Shown: positions 15,963-19,566 of the stretch, piece after piece
How the letters are laid out: each line of letters begins with the position of its first letter
Position numbering within the stretch: the stretch's first letter is position 1
Source of the DNA: Meiothermus sp.
GTDB lineage: Bacteria; Deinococcota; Deinococci; Deinococcales; Thermaceae
Assembly (NCBI GenBank): GCA_033762915.1
Contig: JANRLD010000083.1
Location: 1 to 19,566 of the forward strand
Reading direction: 5' to 3'
Length of the DNA: 19,566 bases
The notes under the pieces: generated by a model
Databases searched by the model: none
What the model was told of the DNA's origin: nothing
The model's input: the letters and a program-made list of their open reading frames with translations, nothing else
Made by a program: the position numbers and the translations under genes

Positions 15963-15995
15963 CTTTACAAAGCCTTAATAGGCCCGCGCTAACCT
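15963..15995 (+). promoter_or_regulatory. Box G plus -10 (lgt promoter)
   Basis: CTTTACAAAGCCTTAAT (15963-15979), N10, TAACCT (15990-15995). Confidence 0.85.
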
Positions 15996-16036
15996 CGCCT
16001 CGAGCCTTCGGGCAGTGTGGTTCAGAAAGGCAGCCC

Positions 16037-16921
16037 ATGCAACCCGGTTCCATCCACCTTGGCCCTTTATCCGTAAGCTGGCACGGCATTTTGATCGTGC
16101 TGGCGATTTTTGTCGGCATCGAGATCGCTAAGCGTCTGCTGCGGCGCTGGGGCCACGACCCAGCAGGTTTCGAGCAGGCGGTGTTCTGGGCGGTGGTGTG
16201 GGGGGCGGTGGGGGCGCGGGCGCTCTACGTGATCACCAGCCCCCAAGCCTTTATCGCCAACCCCCTCAGTGTGTTCGAGGTCTGGCGGGGGGGACTCTCC
16301 TTCCACGGCGGCATGATCGGGGGGTTACTGGCCTTCTGGTACTACCACAGGCGCTACGGCCTGCCCTTGTACCCTTACCTCGAGGCCGCCCTTCCGGGGG
16401 TGGCGCTGGGCATCGTCGGCGGGCGCGTCGGCAATTTCTTGAGCGCCTGGGACAGCGCTGGGCGGCTCACCACCTGGCCCATCGGCTACATTTTCCCACC
16501 GGGCTCGGGTTTCCCCGGCATCTGCACCAGCACCTTCGACCTGGCCTACGGGGGCTGCGCGGGCGCGGTGGTGATGGGACCGGTACACCTGACCCAGCTC
16601 TATGGCGCAGCTATTGGGCTGGTGCTGCTGGGGGTGCTGTGGCTCTGGCTGCGCCCTGGGCGGCCCTACGGCTACGCCCTTTGGCAGTTTGTGCTCTGGT
16701 ACAGCCTGCTGCGCGCGGTGTTTGAAGAGCCTTTCCGGCTCAACCCCCTGTGGTTGCCGGTGTACCAGAACGACCAACTGGGGGTCGGCCTGTTCACCGC
16801 CACCCAGATCCTGTCGGTTTTCTTGATCGCCCTGTCACTGTACATGCTCTGGCGGCTGGGGAGGAAGCCCAGCGAGGGGGTACGCCCCAGCCCGGCATCG
16901 CTCAAAACCCATCCCCGCTAG
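16037..16921 (+). CDS. lgt: Prolipoprotein diacylglyceryl transferase
   Basis: WHG, GARALYV, WRGGLSFHGG, GRVGNF, HLTQLY and YSLLRAVFEEPFR. ATG 16037 has an AGAAAGG SD and lies downstream of Box G. Confidence 0.93.
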   Translation: MQPGSIHLGPLSVSWHGILIVLAIFVGIEIAKRLLRRWGHDPAGFEQAVFWAVVWGAVGARALYVITSPQAFIANPLSVFEVWRGGLSFHGGMIGGLLAFWYYHRRYGLPLYPYLEAALPGVALGIVGGRVGNFLSAWDSAGRLTTWPIGYIFPPGSGFPGICTSTFDLAYGGCAGAVVMGPVHLTQLYGAAIGLVLLGVLWLWLRPGRPYGYALWQFVLWYSLLRAVFEEPFRLNPLWLPVYQNDQLGVGLFTATQILSVFLIALSLYMLWRLGRKPSEGVRPSPASLKTHPR

Positions 16922-16926
16922 GCCGT

Positions 16927-17200
16927 CTACCGCCTGCGCCAGGAGTCCAGCAGCAGATACCCGGCGAGCCCTAGCGCCCCTACCAGCCCAGGGCCGAACA
17001 CCCAGCCCGCCCATCGCTCCCACCCCGGCGGGTGGTAGACCAGCATCAACCCTGACAGGGCCAGAATCAAGGCGACGGTCAGAGCCGAGAGCCGCAGGCC
17101 GTCGTCGATGCGGCGTAGCTCCCTCAACAACTCAGGGTCGGGGCGCATCCGCAGCTCGAGTTCCCCCCGCTCAGCCCGGCCCAGCAGGCGGGCACGCGAA
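16927..17200 (-). pseudogene. C-terminal remnant of an ABC1/UbiB(AarF)-type kinase gene
   Basis: RLLGRAERGELELRM...ELRRIDDGLRLSALTVALILALSGL plus two TM helices, resembling ABC1-kinase tails. There is no plausible start after the patatin stop and no kinase domain. Confidence 0.55.
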
Positions 17201-18073
17201 TCAGACCCCAGTGGGCGCTGCCCCCAGCAGTTCCCGCAGGCGTGGCAGCACTGCCCGCACCGCCCGTGCACCGGCGGCCACGCAGACCCGTTTGTGGCCG
17301 AAATCAAGGGTATCTATCGGGAAGGGGAACTGGGGTTCAAGCAACACGTCGGCCTCGGCGAAGCGCACGTGGGCGTGCTGTTGGTGACAGACCTCCAGCG
17401 CCCGCACCAGGGCTTGCAGACCATTGCGGGGGGGGCGTGCGTTCTTGAACTCGTGCGGGTTGACCGCGACGACCATCGCACCCGGCAGCAGTGCTCGGGC
17501 CACATCTATGGGGGCGATGTCAGCGTAAGCCCCGTCGGCCAGGAGCTTGCCGTCGCGCTCCAGCGGCGGCAGAATACCGGCCAGGGCTGCGCTGGCGTAG
17601 AGGGCCTCGGCGGCGCGGCCCTCGCGCAGCACCGCCCGGTCGCCGCTGATCAGGTCACTGGCGATGGCGGCCACGGGGATGCGGGAGTCCTCCAGGGCAC
17701 GCCCCAGGGTCAGACGCTCCAACAGGGCCATACCGTAGGGCAAGGCCCGCTGCCCCACCCCCCAGCCCGCCACCAGGCTCCAGGCCGCCTGGGAGTAGGT
17801 GGGCAGCAGGCGCAGTTGCTGCCGCAGACCGGCGGCGGAAGGGGCCGGGGGGTCGGGGAAGCCGCTGGTGTCCATGTTCAACAGCGCTTCGTACCAGTCT
17901 GGGTTTAGGCCGTAGGTGGCCCCCACCACGGCCCCCATCGAGACCCCCACCACGGCACTGGGGCGGTAGCCGTAGTGCTCGAGGGCGCGGATGACCCCCG
18001 CGTGGGCCAGTCCCCTGGCCCCGCCGCCCGAGAGCACCAGGGCGAAGGGTCGGATGCCGATGCGGTCGCTCAT
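17201..18073 (-). CDS. Patatin-like phospholipase
   Basis: GGGARG, GVSMG and DGA motifs. GGAGGTGA SD. Confidence 0.93.
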   Translation of the reverse strand: MSDRIGIRPFALVLSGGGARGLAHAGVIRALEHYGYRPSAVVGVSMGAVVGATYGLNPDWYEALLNMDTSGFPDPPAPSAAGLRQQLRLLPTYSQAAWSLVAGWGVGQRALPYGMALLERLTLGRALEDSRIPVAAIASDLISGDRAVLREGRAAEALYASAALAGILPPLERDGKLLADGAYADIAPIDVARALLPGAMVVAVNPHEFKNARPPRNGLQALVRALEVCHQQHAHVRFAEADVLLEPQFPFPIDTLDFGHKRVCVAAGARAVRAVLPRLRELLGAAPTGV

Positions 18074-18102
18074 AGGGTGGGCTCACCTCCGAACTTAGTC
18101 CC

Positions 18103-19505
18103 TCAAGCCGCCGGAGTGTACAAATCCGCACGGCTGGCGGGCAACTCTACCCGGCCCGCCTCGTCCGGCTTGGCCAGCAGCGACTGGTGCAGCGAGAGGT
18201 GGGCGCGGGTGAACTGGTGCGCCGAGGCCGCCATGTACAGCCGCCACAGCCGCGCCCGCTCCGCACCCGCCTCGGCCACGGCAGTCTCCCAGCGGGCCTC
18301 GAGGTTCTTTACCCAATGCCGCAGAGTCAGGGTGTAGTGCTCGCGCAGGTCTTCCACGTCGCGCACCTCGAAACCGACCCGCTCGGCGGCCCCCAGGTTC
18401 TGCCAAAGGGGCAGGATTTCGCCGTCGGGGAAGACATAGCGCTTGATGAACTCGCCCGAGGCCAGGCTCTTTTTGGCCGGCAGCTCCACCGGGCCTTGGG
18501 TGATGACCTGGTGCAGCATCAAGCCGCCGGGTCGCAGCGCCTGCCAGGCCGCCCGGAAGTAGACCGGGAGGTTCTCCCGGCCCACGTGCTCGGCCATGCC
18601 CACGCTGACCACCTTGTCGAAGGTTCCCCTCAGTTCCCGGTAGTCCAGCAACTCCACCCGCACCCGGCCCTCCAGCCCCGCCGCCCGGATGCGGGCCTGG
18701 GTCTCCTCGGCCTGGTGTCGGGAGAGGGTGATGCCCAGAGCCTCCACCCCGTAGCGCTGGGCGGCATAGAGGATCAGGCCGCCCCAGCCTGAGCCGATGT
18801 CCAATAATCGCTCCCCCGGTCTTAGCCGCAGTTTGCGGCAGATGTGCTCTAGCTTGGCCTCCTGGGCCTGCTCGAGGGTCTCGCCGCTGCCGGGGAAGTA
18901 GCCGCAGGAGTAGACCATGCGCCCGTCCAGCCAGAGCTTGTAGAAGGCGTTGGAGACATCGTAGTGGTGGGCGATGGCCTGACGGTCGCGGGCCTGAGAG
19001 TGGGCGGCCCCCCGCAGCCGGGCCACCAGGGGGGAATCCGTTTGAGGGCGCAGGGTGGCCAGATCCTTGAACAGAGCAGGCAGTTGTAACACCGAGAGCC
19101 GGGGGGCGAACCCCTCCGCAGCGGCGAAGACCGCCTCGAGGTCGCCCTCAATCTCCAACTCGCCGTGCAAAAACGCCTCCCCCAGTGAGATATCGAGCGG
19201 AGGCTGGAGCATCCGTCCCAGCGCCTGGGGGCTGCGGACGGACAGCACGGCCTCGGCGGGGAGCCGGGTGGCGGGCAGCCTGGCCTCTCCCCACAGGTCT
19301 AAGTTGCGCCAGGGTAGGTTTGCGAAACCGCTGGACGCAGCAAGCGGCTGTCTGGCGCAATCCCCGGCGGACATCCCGGGGAGCCATTTCGCAATTTCAC
19401 CATGGAGACACTTAGTGTGAAGCTGCGCTCCTGCGGTAGAACCCGCTCGAGCAAGTCCAATGCGGCCTTTAAGAGGCTTTCATGATCTGTGGTTTTTGCG
19501 TGCAT
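18103..19505 (-). pseudogene. cfa: Cyclopropane-fatty-acyl-phospholipid synthase family methyltransferase interrupted by a MITE
   Basis: HHYDVSNAFY, MVYSCGY, LLDIGSGWG and YVFPDG. The true start is ATG 19505 (GAGGT SD). Removing the 113-bp insertion restores ...QERSFTLDLWGEARLP... in frame (429 aa). Confidence 0.88.
19302..19412. mobile_element. 111-bp MITE with imperfect terminal inverted repeats and a TA duplication (IS630-like)
   Basis: The ends with flanks read CTAAGTTGCGCCAGGGTAGGTTTGCGAAA and CTAAGTGTCTCCATGGTGAAATTGCGAAA (21/29 identical). TA lies at 19300-19301 and 19413-19414, and the empty site is CTAG. Confidence 0.85.
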
Positions 19506-19525
19506 GGCTTACCTCGGAGGGGGTT

Positions 19526-19551
19526 CTCCGCCAACCGCGCGGTTGGCGGAG
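19526..19551. repeat. Perfect 26-bp palindrome upstream of cfa
   Basis: CTCCGCCAACCGCGCGGTTGGCGGAG, extendable by flanking GGGGG/CCCCC. Confidence 0.85.
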
Positions 19552-19566
19552 TCCCCCCGCCCGGCC

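Noticed and set aside
4038..15995. Reading the boxes as MerR/CueR-type promoters (TTTACA -35 with a 20-bp spacer)
   Set aside because: The spacers have no dyad symmetry and no MerR gene is in the window. The 11-bp direct repeat fits the local OmpR-type regulator better, though MerR control is not formally excluded.
4038..15995. Boxes as CRISPR repeats or recombination sites
   Set aside because: They are dispersed, degenerate and always promoter-positioned, with no regular spacers, cas genes or recombinase.
15890..16036. 49-aa N-terminal extension of Lgt
   Set aside because: It spans Box G and its -10. The SD and Lgt similarity start at 16037.
2272..18792. Numerous long antisense or alternate-frame ORFs (e.g. 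2272-3201, 8601-9314, 10048-10887, 11214-11948, 17108-17908)
   Set aside because: They are shadow ORFs of high-GC genes, with no recognisable motifs.

Overview
High-GC bacterial window, most likely Deinococcota (Meiothermus/Calidithermus-like). This is inferred from TAnnnT-N6/7-start leaderless genes and the style of the Lgt and CAP proteins. Most of it (about 1.6-16.9 kb) looks like one co-regulated envelope module centred on an OmpR-family response regulator and a HAMP histidine kinase with a short His/Met-rich sensor loop. The main hidden signal is a 17-bp direct-repeat box (consensus CTTTACA-N4-CTTAAY) found 7 times, always exactly 10 bp upstream of a TAnnnT -10 hexamer. It precedes every transcription unit of the module: (i) Met-rich beta-propeller, DUF3105 and CcdA-like genes, (ii) rhodanese, Lgt-like/TlpA fusion and a GNAT, (iii) the TCS itself, (iv) lnt, (v) four exported proteins (S9 hydrolase, C39-TPR, CAP, caspase-family protease), (vi) a DoxX-like membrane protein and (vii) lgt. 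The gene content suggests, without proving, a copper/redox envelope-stress regulon that includes lipoprotein maturation and extracytoplasmic proteolysis. Outside the regulon are an orphan PD-(D/E)xK nuclease-like gene, an AraC plus a DxxxH-motif membrane protein at the left edge, and a decaying lipid operon at the right edge. That operon has a cfa-like gene split by a 111-bp TA-duplicating MITE, a patatin gene and an ABC1/UbiB C-terminal remnant. The GNAT gene carries a single-base frameshift.
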